Positions 1-12,271 of a stretch of 64,000 bases of DNA are shown in pieces. The notes beneath the pieces were generated by a model that had not been told where the DNA came from, did no database searches, and worked only from the letters and a program-made list of their open reading frames with translations. This DNA comes from Antedon mediterranea (taxonomy: Eukaryota > Animalia > Echinodermata): contig NC_092673.1 in the NCBI RefSeq assembly GCF_964355755.1, forward strand, positions 34,841,648 to 34,905,647, given 5' to 3'. Position 1 is the stretch's first letter, and each line of letters begins with the position of its first letter. Position numbers and translations under genes: made by a program.

Positions 1-929
1 AAATTCTTACACATTCTTCTTCGTTTTCAATAACTATCCTCGCCGTCAGAATCTTCGTCTATCCCCATCCAGTCTTTAGTATCCTCATTTACCCCATTTT
101 CTTCAGCCCCTCACCGAGTAAAAAAAATTATGAATGTATGTAGGCCTAGCTAGTCGCTGAACCAAAGATTGTATCGTAGCGGCGCTATACAATCTTTGGC
201 TGAACAGGCAAGAAGGCCAGCATTTAAAGCGTCAGCTATGACTTTTTCCGATCGTTCATTATCAGAATCAGACATTTCTATTAATTATATCAAACTATTA
301 ATTTGAATGATGCAAACGAATTATAGTATAGTTTATTAAAATATAGTAAATTATAACACTAAAGTAGGACAATAATGTAGCACACTGTAAACCTCATGCG
401 AACAGCTTACCAAGGAAGTAAATACGTCTACGCATGCTCACATGTGATTGACCAATCACAGGACGCGATTAGTCCCTTTTGTTTGGCTGTATCTAAGGCC
501 GAAGCCTTTATAAAAGTGATTGTGATTGGACTATGATTGCAAATATAAGTTTATTCATGATATTCTGAAAGATGACGTTACAAGCTTTAAAGGTCAGGTA
601 CAGGCAAAACATTTCTATTGATCATACATTCCAATAATTATCGATCTATAGTTTCCCCTATGTTTCATAATTTTTGGGAATTTATTTGTGTTACACGAGC
701 TTGTTGAAAATAAGCACTTTCTTATCAGTGGGATAGTTACACAGTAAAATCTCTATTCTTTTGTACACAAATTTTGTAAATAGAGAGGCATTTTAAAAAG
801 CTATGAAAAATAAACAGTGTGGTAAAAAATGTTATCAGATGACTAAATATAGGTAATATAACTTGAATATTACATTTCTGGTATTTTTATTCAACTTCAG
901 ATTTTTATTTTCATGCTATAGCAACAATT

Positions 930-1112
930 TGTTAAGTTATCCCCTCATATATAATGCACCTTTGACGTGCCATACTATCATTATTCGCGGGTCCCTTTTT
1001 GTGGTGAAACCTCGTGAGATGATAAATAAAACACACTTTGCTCTTTAATTTCCGTAGTTTCTGTATTATTATTTCTATATATTCCCGATTCCAGGTTACA
1101 ATGGATTCAACA
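930..1112 (+). repeat. Copia 5' LTR (183 bp)
   Basis: TGTTAAG...TTCAACA; differs from 5418-5600 at about 2 positions by eye; contains AATAAA. Confidence 0.95.
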
Positions 1113-2183
1113 GGTTATGGGCCCAGCCGTTTTCAAAGATTGCTTTTTAACGGAGATGAAGAAAAATATGAACTTTGGGAAGTAAAATTTCTAGGGTACC
1201 TAAACACACTAAAACCAGCGTTAAAAAGCACGATTACGTCTACACAGCCGGAGCCAGCCACCGACGATGACAACCATAAAAATGAAAAGGCGTATTCGGA
1301 GCTGATACAATTCCTGGACGACAAGTCATTATCGTTGATCATTAACGATGCAACTGATGACGGGAGAAAAGCTCTGTCTATTTTAAGAACCGAATATTCT
1401 AGCAAATCTAAACCAAAAGTGGTGCAACTTTACACCAAACTAACAACACTCGAAATGGGTGAGGAGGACTGCACGTCGTTCATTTTCAGAGTGGAAAAGA
1501 TTATCACATCATTACAAAGAGCAAAAGAAACACCTAGTGACGCACTTCTAACAGCAATGGTATTAAAAGGTTTGCCTGGAGCATACGCTCCATTTAAAAT
1601 ATACATAAATACACAAGAAAAAGACATATCTTTTGTAGAATTTAAAACATCCTTAAGAAAGTTCGCAGAATCAGAGAAACTAAATACACCAGAATCTAAT
1701 AACGACAGAGTGATGAAAGTTGGAAACCCACAAAACTCCAGAAAATGCTACGAGTGCGGATCACCTAACCACTTGATAAAAGATTGCCCTACAAAAACCT
1801 GTAAATACCACAAGAATGCCAATCACCTTGACAAGGACTGTTTCAGAAATAAACCAAAGGACCAAATAAAGAAAGCGGAGGATGGATTTGAACATTCCTT
1901 TTTCTTTCAAGTGTCAGAAAACATAACATGTCAAGATGGTATTTTAGTAGACACTGGCTGCACCTCACATGTAGTAAATGACCGAGAGAAATTCTCCAGT
2001 TTCGATCCAACCTTTAAAAGCCTTAATCATACTATTGAACTTGCGGATGGTAGCGTAGCAAAAGGTGTTGCAGTAAAGAGAGGACATGCACACATAAACC
2101 TGATAGATGAAAACAACGAGAAAGTAGAAACTGTCTTAAAAAATTCCCTGTACATACCAACGTATCATATCCACACAACATAA
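1101..2183 (+). CDS. gag: Copia gag (two zinc knuckles) plus aspartic protease
   Basis: MDSTGYGP start; CYECGSPNHLIKDC and CKYHKNANHLDKDC knuckles; protease motif ILVDTGCTSH; frame ends at a frameshift near 2163-2167. Confidence 0.9.
   Translation: MDSTGYGPSRFQRLLFNGDEEKYELWEVKFLGYLNTLKPALKSTITSTQPEPATDDDNHKNEKAYSELIQFLDDKSLSLIINDATDDGRKALSILRTEYSSKSKPKVVQLYTKLTTLEMGEEDCTSFIFRVEKIITSLQRAKETPSDALLTAMVLKGLPGAYAPFKIYINTQEKDISFVEFKTSLRKFAESEKLNTPESNNDRVMKVGNPQNSRKCYECGSPNHLIKDCPTKTCKYHKNANHLDKDCFRNKPKDQIKKAEDGFEHSFFFQVSENITCQDGILVDTGCTSHVVNDREKFSSFDPTFKSLNHTIELADGSVAKGVAVKRGHAHINLIDENNEKVETVLKNSLYIPTYHIHTT
1113..1126 (+). promoter_or_regulatory. Primer-binding site of the half-tRNA-iMet type
   Basis: GGTTATGGGCCCAG abuts the LTR end; this is the Drosophila copia/Ty5-type PBS, complementary to the internal anticodon-stem region of initiator tRNA-Met rather than its CCA end. 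Confidence 0.8.
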
Positions 2184-3795
2184 TGAGCGTAAGAGCTGCA
2201 ACGACAACAGGAGCAAGAGTAACCCTTAGTAAAGAAGAAAACACAATCACTAATGCTGGAAGAACATTCAAAATGAGTATTATTGACAACCTATACTACT
2301 TACCAACCACAAGTGCACCTAGAGAAGTAGATAAATTAAGCCTTGTTAAAGATTTACAATATTGGCATAGAGTCCTCCTAGGACATTGTAACTTTGACGA
2401 TGTACTAAAATTAGAAAAGGTAGTGGACGGCATGGAAATCAAAGGTAGTAAAGTTAAGGAAACATGTAACATATGCACTGAAGGTAAATTTGTTAATGTA
2501 AGAAATAGAGAACCAGACAAAAGGGCAAATTGTCCATTAGCCTTAGTACATTCTGATCTGGCAGGGCCAATATCACCATTGGCTAAAGACGAATTCAAAT
2601 ACGCCATATCATTTACTGATGACCATTCTGGTTTTGTTTTTGTTTACTTCCTCAGAATGAAAAGTGATGCTGCAGCAGCTACCAAACAATTTCTTTCTGA
2701 CTGTGCCCCAATAGGCAAAGTTAAGTGCTTGCGAACTGATAACGGTGGTGAATATGTCAGTTCTGACTTCAAAAGCCTAATGACAGATAGAGGTATTAAA
2801 CATGAGTTTTCATCTCCAAATTCACCCCATCAAAATGGAACCGCGGAACGTAATTGGCGCACTCTTTTTGAAATGGGTAGATGTCTTTTGCTGGAATCTT
2901 CACTGCCAAAGTCCTTATGGACTTATGCAGTAAGAGCAGCGACCTATATAAGAAACCGTTGTTTCAACCAACGCCTAAATAAGACTCCTTTTGAGACCAT
3001 GACTGGCTATAAACCAAATTTGGGAAAAATGCACATTTTTGGAAAACCTTGCTACGCATACATACATAACTCAAAGAAACTAGAACCTAAGAGTAAGCGT
3101 GGTATGGGATATGATTCATCTAGTCCAGCATATTTAATCTATGACCCAAACACTGGCAAAGTTCAGAAATTCAGATTGATAAAAATTATATCTCACCAAA
3201 CATCTAACACCAACCAACAAACACAGACAGATGAAAGTGACGAAACAAATGTAAACTTGGAGGATAATGAGAACACAAATGAATCCCAAATTATTGAACT
3301 TGAAAATACCCCAAATGTTAATAATTATGATAACTTAGAGAAAAATGACAACAATGGGGTAGATATTGATGATGCCCACAGAAGGTACCCTCAAAGGGAG
3401 AGAAATTATCCCAATTACCTACAGGAGTATGAGACTGAATTTGACAGTGATGATTCGATCTATCATATGTCATGTCAAAATGTTCCCTTAACATATACAG
3501 AAGCTACAAATTCCCAATATTCAGAAAGTTGGAAAAGGGCAATGGATGAAGAATTACAATCATTGAAAGATAATAACACCTTTAAGATAGTCACATTACC
3601 CAATGACAAACACCTCATTGGCGGAAAATGGGTATTTCCTATAAAGGAATCGGCCGAGGGTAATCACACGTACAAGGAAAGATACGTTGCCAAGGGTTTT
3701 AACCAAATAAAAGGCATAGACTATATCATGAGACATTCTCGCCCACAGCCAATTTGACCTCAATTAGAACATTAATGCAAATATCTGTACAACAT
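2183..3795 (+). pseudogene. pol: Copia integrase and N-terminal RT (frameshifted pol)
   Basis: WHRVLLGH...CNIC zinc motif; VHSDLAGP, LRTDNGGEY, QNGTAER integrase core; WKRAMDEE...GGKWVF...RYVAKGF RT start; 2-nt frameshift near 3724, after which HETFSPTANLTSIRTLMQ continues. Confidence 0.92.
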
Positions 3796-4737
3796 TATAC
3801 AGATATTGACTGCTTAGAGGTTAAATATAAGATTTGACATCCCCGAGGGAATGATATTAAGTTCGAGGGAATATATATTTCCCGAAGCGCCAGCTGAGGG
3901 AAATATATATTCCCCGAGAACTTAATATCATTCCCGAGGGGATGTCAAATCTTATATTTAACCGATATAAAAGGCAATATCTGTTATATTATATAGCCAA
4001 GAACAAGTCTGCTGGGTTGGGTGAAGCTAGGCTAGGCCTCCTATAGTAGTTGTATTGTATTTAAAACAAGCCTGCCTAGACACCTTACCTTGCGAAGAAT
4101 AATATACAGATAATTACTAATTAATGATTCCTTGGCAATAAAATATTCACTTAGGCCTAGGTCGTTTAAATTAACAGAAGAATTTCCATCAATAAGCCTA
4201 TTAATAATAATATTATAATCAGGTAGGCCGAATAAACAATTCGTCTTCTCTCGATCTTCGAGGAGCCGAATCACCGGATGTTCAGCGCGTACTAGTTACT
4301 AGGTTACTACCGTGAGTATTGACCAATCACAAACGGTGTTTCATCACATTTAGGGTGGACTTATAACAAATGAGGGCGCTATGTATGCATAGCTTAAATA
4401 GTTTAGAAGATTAATTTCTTCAAGCAAATTCCGTGGCCAAGCGGATGAGACGTTGTCTTGCGATGAAGTGACAATTCCACCCGAGTTCAAGATCGAGTAG
4501 ATGACTTTTGTTTATTTATCGGCAAACTCGAGTGTTGCACACGAAAATTACACAGTCAATATCATCGTACTCGAGAATCTATATGTTTAATGACAGGGGA
4601 CACGATAATTACGCGAAAATTACACAGTCAATATCATCGTTCTCGAGGATATATACGATTTACAATCCTCGCAGCGGTAGTCATGTGATACAGTTTCAAC
4701 CAATCACGTTCGCGTATTTACATAGGCTATGTAATAT
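3796..4737. mobile_element. Non-autonomous palindromic element (Crypton-like architecture) nested in the Copia RT
   Basis: Splits the RT codons QH|NLIVHQMDVK; ~190-bp imperfect hairpin at 3796-3988, then a second IR pair TTATATAGCC (3989) / GGCTATGTAA (4725); no coding capacity; no clear TSD. Confidence 0.7.
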
Positions 4738-5334
4738 AACCTTATAGTCCACCAGATGGATGTGAAATCTGCATACTTAAATGCAGATATTGATACCGAA
4801 ATATACTTAAGCCAACCTGAAGGTTACGAAATTAAGTCTGAAAATGGGGAAAAATTAGTATTAAAATTGAACAAGTCATTATACGGGCTTAAACAGTCAG
4901 GTCGAAATTGGAATCAGCTGCTGCACAACCACTTGAAGAGTAATGATTTTAAAAGAAACCCAGCAGACTACTGTGTATATACAAAACGCAACAAAGATGA
5001 CTTAGTAATTGTTGTAATATGGGTTGACGATATATTAATTGCAGCCACAAATGAGAATGTACTTAGTGATTTTAAGACAAATATGAAAAATGAGTTTAAA
5101 TGTGCTCATATTTCATGTGATAACCAAGGTGCTATAGCATTAAGCAGAAACCCAGTGCAAAGACAAAGGTCTAAGCATACAGATATACGGTATCATTTCA
5201 TAAGGGATGTCTTAAAAGATGGACAAATAGATGTCCAGTATTGTCCAACAGAAGACATGGTGGCAGATATTTTAACCACACCAGCCACCAAGGTTAAACT
5301 AGAAAAATTCAAAATATTTCTATTTGGAGAATAG
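4738..5334 (+). pseudogene. pol: Copia RT core fused by internal deletion to the RNase H C-terminus
   Basis: HQMDVKSAYLNA, LNKSLYGLKQSGRNW, IWVDD; jumps from NEFK (~5100) directly to CDNQGAI...RSKHTDIRYHFIRD...MVADILT. Confidence 0.92.
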
Positions 5335-5417
5335 TTGATGTTAAAAATGTTACATTGTTGTATTGAATTTTGTGTGTTATTTTTGTAGTGGTTTAAGATT
5401 ATGAGGTGATGTGGGGG

Positions 5418-5600
5418 TGTTAAGTTATCCCCTCATATATAATGCACCTTTGACGTGCCATACTGTCATTATTCGCGGGTCTCTTTTTGTGGTGAAACCT
5501 CGTGAGATGATAAATAAAACACACTTTGCTCTTTAATTTCCGTAGTTTCTGTATTATTATTTCTATATATTCCCGATTCCAGGTTACAATGGATTCAACA
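5418..5600 (+). repeat. Copia 3' LTR (183 bp)
   Basis: Near-identical to 930-1112; preceded by GAGGTGATGTGGGGG and followed by the TSD CAATT. Confidence 0.95.
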
Positions 5601-7204
5601 CAATTATCCACTGTATATCCACCATCTTTTTTCACCTTCTAGGGAGTCACCAGACATGTTATTACATTAGGTTAACTACCTAACTACTGAAAAAAAGTCT
5701 TTCTGGTTTTTATGGAAGAATTTTGCCAACTTTTGTATTTGACCATATTCATGTTTTTTCGTCTTGATTTCTGTTACAAATATTTGATTTTATGTACATT
5801 TAACCAAATATATTTAAAATTCATGCCTGTACCACCTGAGCTTTAAAACCATACCAGTTGTGACGGGTTTCCCATTTGGGAAAGGCGAGAACATTCGATT
5901 GAAAAATAGGGTAGATTTTTGGCCGTTTACGACTGAAACCGTCAGAATTTCACACAAAACCTTACAACATTGTCTATAAAAACGTCAAAATTTATGTATT
6001 TTGGAACAAAATTAAGTTTTAATAATTAAGGACAAGTAAACTATAATAGTTGAATATGTCGAATATGTAAAAAAAAAAAAATTATTTTAAGTCAAAATTG
6101 ACTATTCCAACTTTCAAAGCTAATTATAGCAATTTAGCTTTTGCGACACAAGGCTCCTTTCGTGTGGTGACGCGACCCATATGAGTTTAATCTGCGCCTC
6201 CTTCATGAACCACGATTGATAAGCAGACTAACGACAGATTTTGATTCTAGATTTGCATGTGTTTGTAAAAAAACCGCTGTAGAGGCCTACGTGAGTAAAC
6301 TTAGTATCTTGAAATAAATCACTTTTGATAAAGTGATATTTTGTTTGTGTTTTACTAATAACTAAACTATAACCAGGGAGTTGTTAGTTATAACCAATCA
6401 ATACCAGTAAAGTAATGCTGTAGACTACTATATAGTGTAGCAATCGAAAGGTTGAGACATATTCTATAGGCTATAGGCGGGAAGGCTAGGCCTACTATAT
6501 TTTATAGGCCTAGGCCTAATTATGAAATCGTTAAAAAGTACAAAATAGTATTCTTTTCCGTTACTACTGATAATTATATAAATGTTATATACTGTAGTTG
6601 CAAGTGATTGTATATATTAAAGATGTATTGTCCCCCTGAACAAATAATTGTTAAAAATATTTTTGTTAAATAGGCCATTTAATGATACATAAAAGTTATT
6701 CACTTTGAAATAAAATTTGATGGAAAAAAATGTTTATTTACCTGAGAAAGTCGTAATTTAAAGTAAAAAATAGTCAACCGGAAGTCGGTTGGCTGGCAGC
6801 CAGCTGGCTTTTTAGGTGCATGATGAAGAGGTAGTATAATAATAGTCTCAATATGTCTAAATGGGATTCCGAAGTATTTTATTCTATTTAAAATCAAGTA
6901 GGCCCTAGTTGAGAGTTGAAACACTGAGTATCACTACAAGTTAATTACAAAGGTCCTATGGGAAAATGCTTTACCGGTCGATTATTAGTCGATTGGAAAT
7001 TGATCGTTCTGTTTATTCAACTTAATAATAACAATAATAATTTTCGGGAGTAAGCAAAGGCCACGCGCCCTAATGTTTATTCCAACATTACCAATAAGAT
7101 AATAAAAAAAATTGAAAAAAAAAACAAATAAAAACCTAAATGTAAATAAGCATGAATATACTTGTTTAATCAATTAGCATCTCAGTAAATCCTTCGACAA
7201 TAAT

Positions 7205-7560
7205 GATTATTAGTATTAGTTTCGTACTAATTTCACTTGTGTTCGCCACTCTGTACGTCTTTGAGCAAGCATGTGGATAGGTCTGCATGTGAAAAGTTCT
7301 GTTTCCTTTTTTATGTTTGCCATCCATGTTTTTGGTCTTCCTTTTGGTCTTTCTCTGAGCCTCTCCGAGTGCAATCTTAGCTGATGAGTGTTTTCATTTA
7401 AACGAACCATGTCAGTCTTCTTTTCCTTATATTCTTACTCCACTCAATCTCTCCTGTTTTGTTTGTACAATTCTTCATTTTTTATTTTCACCGGCCACCT
7501 TATACCTATTATTCCCTAATTTTATTGGGAAGACATCGATTTCACGCTGTATGTAGTGAT
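7205..7560 (-). mobile_element. RTE-clade LINE 3' fragment, degenerate
   Basis: Frameshifted translation IIGIRWPVKIKNEELY...KRRL...GRPKTW...LAQRRTEWR* is typical of RTE ORF C-termini; short TAA-rich tail. Confidence 0.6.
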
Positions 7561-7601
7561 ACTGTCATTGTGCACAGTTCACAATTATACAAAAAGATAT
7601 T

Positions 7602-8549
7602 TTACTTGTGATGTACTGTACTGTATACTCTACGTTGAAAACTCTCAATTTCAGGTTTATTGTTATTTTTTTTTTTTCGATTAGCTATATAATCATAGGC
7701 TATCATAGCCATATCATAGCTCTTATTTACTTGTTTATCTCTAAGATAAAGCCTCAGATCTTCAGGCATTTTATCAAGTGCCTGTTCCATTATAATCATT
7801 TCAATAATGCCTGCAGCATCATCTTCTTTTACTTTAGCACATTTCATCCAACATTTTAAATAATGGGAGAGCTCATTCAGCCATTGCCTGATGGACATAT
7901 CTTTAACTCTGTTCGAATTTCTAAATTTAAATCTGTAGGTCTCTGCGGACACATCATACTTTTCTAAGATTGCCTTCTTTAAGGTATCATAATCTACACA
8001 TTCTTTTACGGTTAAGGATGCATATGCTGTCCTAGCTTTACCAGACAGTTCAGGTGCTAACCTAGCGGCCCACGTATTCTTATCCCAACCTGTGGCTTCT
8101 GCCAAGTGTTCAAATGTTCTAAAATATATATCAATATCATCTGATTCCTTCAAAGTAGGAACCTTTACCTTCATTTCATCTACTATATTCCTAGCATTAC
8201 TGTAGCTAGACCTATTTTCTAATTCCATCATTTTCACTCTTTCTTGTGATTCAATTTTTCTTTGCTCTATATCTATTTTCTTTTGCTCTATATCTGCTTC
8301 TAATCTTAATTGGTCTTGTTGGTATTGTAATTCTAACTTTTTGTTTTCGGCCTCGAACTTCATTCGAAAATATTCGAGCATCATATCTTTAGGCATACCG
8401 CCGGGTATTTCGGGCAAATCAATATCCATAGCCATTTTATCATATATTTCATTGACTTGGTCAACCTCTTCTTGGTCAACCATATCTTCCCTAGTATCTT
8501 TTTCTGACATAGTCAAATCTATATTTTTACCCGATCTTAAAGTTTTCAT
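7602..8549 (-). pseudogene. gag: Truncated Gypsy gag with SCAN-like capsid domain
   Basis: 315-aa ORF; the last ~25 aa read into flanking DNA that is also present at 18156-18245, so gag is cut at ~7675. Confidence 0.8.
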
Positions 8550-9480
8550 GCTAATAACAATTTTACTAATGAAATATGTAAACTTATGTATACAAAATAT
8601 GTTATAAAAGTATTTGTATTACCTTGATTCCATTCAGATATGTAAAAAATATGAAATCCACATAAATTTTTTAATGCAATACAATATACTGTAAGACATT
8701 AATTTACTTCAAAGTGACAAACAACGTTCCAAGTTCGCTCCGTACAAAAATTTACTTTCGAAATAAAAATAGTTTACAAAGTCAGTTTTGCAAATCTTCT
8801 CAAAATTTACTGGGCTTCCTTCTGTTACTTCAGTCTTCTTCTTTCAGATCTCGGTGAATATATCTCCGATGAATATCCAGCAGTCTTGAGCTCAACAGTA
8901 CTTCTTCTTCGTTGTAATATCCAAACAACGGTATAAAAACTGTCAGGAATCCAGATCTTCGCAACCATTTAACTTTTTGGTTACTGATTTAACAGGCCCG
9001 TAGAGTAGGTACTGTCACTTCTTCTTCTTCTTGATACTTAAATCCTGTAAACAAAAATTTTCACCGCTGCCACCATGTAGTGAATTTATTTTAGTTGGTT
9101 CCGAGCTTTCTCAGGCGTATATATATTTCCACGCGACGTACACCGCTGTCACTGAATGATAACTCATACAAAAAGTATATTTAACTCAACTAGAACTTTT
9201 ATTCCTTGTAACTCGATTAATACATCTTTCTACCACTACCAGTCAAGCCTTATTTTCTTTATCATCTTTCCATTTATCTACTCTGATCTTATTCTCTCTT
9301 TCTTTTTTAATATCTATTACATTCCACTTTTATACTGGACATGCAAATTTTAGGCTTCAGAGGAGGATAACATTTTCCCTCCAAAAATTATACGATTTTG
9401 ATTGGCTAATAATATAAGGCGGACCTGGTCTAAAGCATCCTTATCTAAACACAGAGAATTACAACATACATAATATGACA
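7675..9480 (-). mobile_element. Gypsy (Gmr1-like) LTR retrotransposon 5' fragment: LTR, PBS, truncated gag
   Basis: On the minus strand: TG...CA LTR at 9480-9076, PBS TGGTGGCAGCGGT (9075-9063), then gag with KESDDIDIYFRTFEHLA...W...LAPELSGKARTAY...YDTLKKAILEKY...YRFKFR and a SCAN-like region. Confidence 0.85.
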
Positions 9481-9761
9481 ATAGGGTTCTGAGATCTACT
9501 TGTTCTATTAAGATTTTTATGATTCTTCTGGTTCAAGGATGTGATATATTATATCAATTAATTTGTCCTGTCTACAGTATCAAAAGCACTGGTCATGTCT
9601 AACATGAGTACATTTATTCCGTAGTAGATGATTTTATTGCTTTTTCTGATGTAATTGCTTTTTTTCGTACTAATAATTATAGTAATCTCTTCTTGTTCCA
9701 TAGTGTTACCATGGTAATTCTAATGAGAATGTTTATCTATATACTGTGTTTTTTTCTTAGA

Positions 9762-11412
9762 ATGACTGAAACTCAAGTAGAATGCCCTTCTTCAAGTTCT
9801 GATGATGTAATAGAAAGTAAGTTATTCTACATGTACCGTGAAATGTAAATTTGATAACATTAGTTTTCACTATTACGATATTGTTCCATATTTCTATCTT
9901 AGGAAGATATTATAAAGAGTTTTTAAAGAAAATTTCTGATTTAATCGGTAGAAACTCAATTTCAATTGTACGCGGGTCGAAGTAATTTCCGGGTTCACAA
10001 TGAATTCACATTGCAACCAGGGAGGTGAAAATATAATGTATACCTCCCTGTTGCGCGTATGTGAAGGTACAGTATAGTTAAAAAAAAAAATTATACTGAA
10101 AATTAAAAATGATCAAATCTTAATGTGTGTTCTCTTCTTTATTCTAATAATACACATCATTCATTCGTGTGCTTGATTGAAGTGTGATTGTGTTGTTATA
10201 TTTTATAGAAGATGAAGCAAAAAGAAGAAAAGACAAAAAGGAAGTCAGTAAGTAAAAACCTACAATAACACTGAAAATAAATTAAACGGCAAGTTTTCGT
10301 TTTTAGACTATTATTTTATTACCAACAAAATAATAACGCCAACTGAGATAGTTGTTTGAATATAGTTATTGAGTCTTCTTTAGATTTTGAAAGTTTAAAA
10401 ATAATATTTATTTTATTATTATAGGCTTGTATTGTTTACTTTGAATAAATACCAATAATAATAATAAGTAAGTTTACTTTTAGTTCAGGAATACTAGACA
10501 AAAAAGGGCCAAAGGTAGAAATAAATATACTAAAGCTGAATTTTTCAGGATAGGTCCCTAATTTTGTATAGAACAACATACTATTAACTAAGTTAAGTCC
10601 CTTGACTTTTTGTGGTATGCTAATATTTTATCGTGTATATTCACAGTATAGAATTGTTATTTATTTAATCTATACAGTAGTACTGCACAATGAATTTGCT
10701 ATACATGCTATGTATATTGTTTACTAGCGAATATGATCCATTAAGAAAGGGCTGGCATTAAATAGCATTTTATCCACGATATTGTCCAATAAATTAAATT
10801 ATAAAGATTAGCTAAATAAAATGAAATTGGAAAAATGTGATTTCAGTCATGTGTGATACTTATAATCATCATTTTTATATCTCTAAAGAACATTCTACAA
10901 AACATTTCGATGATCTGATGGTTGATGTTAATTCATTCTGGAAAAAGTATGGAAATGTTAGTTTACTAAAGTTGTTACTCTTGGAGTTTCAAGGACAAAC
11001 ATCAGTAATTGCGATAAAGAAGGGATCGAAGGCACATGATCTGTTCAAACTACTAGTTGATCCAGGAATTCTCAACGATTCCGATGTAACAGTTCTTATT
11101 GAGGCTGTCTATCTGAGTTGTTTAGGGGGTTTAGAATCAAAGATCAAGAATAGAGTACCGTCATTTAAAGGATTCGAGAGTTTTGTTGTTTGTAAATTCT
11201 CCAAGCATCGACAAAATTTAGTTGAATTGGGATTCACAATAAGCTCTGCAAAAATGGAACGCATCAACGAATTTTACGATGTTGAGCCAAAAGACCAATG
11301 GGATTTGATCTTCAAAATTGAAATATTAGGTAAATTGCCATCTTTAGTTGAAAAACTTAAACAAGAAAACATGATGGAGGAGTATGAAATCATAACATCA
11401 TCGGATAACTAA
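9762..11412 (+). CDS. Spliced gene for a small tandem death-effector-domain-like protein, copy 1
   Basis: Predicted exons 9762-9816 (MTETQVECPSSSSDDVIE, donor GTAAGT), 10209-10247 (DEAKRRKDKKEV, phase 1-1) and 10847 or 10889 to 11412; the last exon reads as two helical repeats (F..L...V...LLKLLL...DLFKLL...G.L...DV..L; HRQNLVELG...DQWDLIFKIE) resembling DED folds; AATAAA downstream. Confidence 0.65.
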
Positions 11413-12271
11413 ATTGTGTTTAGTGCCAGTCTAACAACTTTGGTTATATGCCTATACATTAATGTCATTAATATGTTTTAGTATAGAAAGCTTGGGGTTC
11501 AGTAGGCCCTATTATTACTGTATAACTTTTTTTTTTTTTTATTGTATTACATATCTTGTATATTGCTCGTTTGTAACTGTCATAAATGTCCTCATTTTAT
11601 AAAACATTATGCAGAGACGAGAGTTTACAATTTTTTTTAACAAAAATTTGAAAATGTAAAAAAAAAATGTACTAAAGCTCTGCAAGTTTAAAATACAAAA
11701 TAAACTGAATCTAATCGTGATAAATGAATTCATACAGCAGGTAAACAATTCAAAACAATTCAACTAATTGTAACAAGAACAAATCTATTCAATGTGTATA
11801 TTTAATTTAAATTTAATGGCTCTATTACAATTTTTGGTTAGGTAATTTATTTTTACTACAAATACTTTTACAATAAAGGTATTCGTTTTCCATGATGTGT
11901 ATGAAAGTTTCTTAACTATTAAATTAAATGGCAAATAGTATTATATTTTACAATTTGCAATGTAATCTAATATTCAAGACACTTTCTAACAACTTTTGCT
12001 TGGCTTAATATTCTTCGTCATTCCATGGGATAAGGAAATTTTTCTAGTTTAATTATTTAGTAAGTATACATATTTAAAATAAATTTAACTCTATTTTTGT
12101 AAATATAAATATTTTTGTAATTTTCTGTGTTACTAACCAGCAATTCTATATCAACATGAATTTATTTGGGACAGACAAAATAAAGTATAAATAATTTTAA
12201 ATTTGTTAAGTTAATAATAGATTCATTTTATTGTTTTTAACATATTTACAGTATTTCAATTATGTCATAAT

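Larger units (their letters stand above)
930..5600 (+). mobile_element. Ty1/Copia LTR retrotransposon with both LTRs, internally defective
   Basis: Direct TG...CA LTRs at 930-1112 and 5418-5600; 5-bp TSD CAATT at 925-929 and 5601-5605; PBS GGTTATGGGCCCAG directly after the 5' LTR; G-rich PPT before the 3' LTR; domain order gag-PR-IN-RT-RH. Confidence 0.97.

Noticed and set aside
162-199. Palindrome CCAAAGATTGTAT...ATACAATCTTTGG
   Set aside because: A real short hairpin, but it cannot be assigned; probably a repeat remnant and not a terminator in this eukaryotic context.
2160-2190. Programmed gag-pol frameshift
   Set aside because: The break lies after the protease motif and is explained by a 5-nt duplication (TATCA); Copia elements normally have one continuous ORF.
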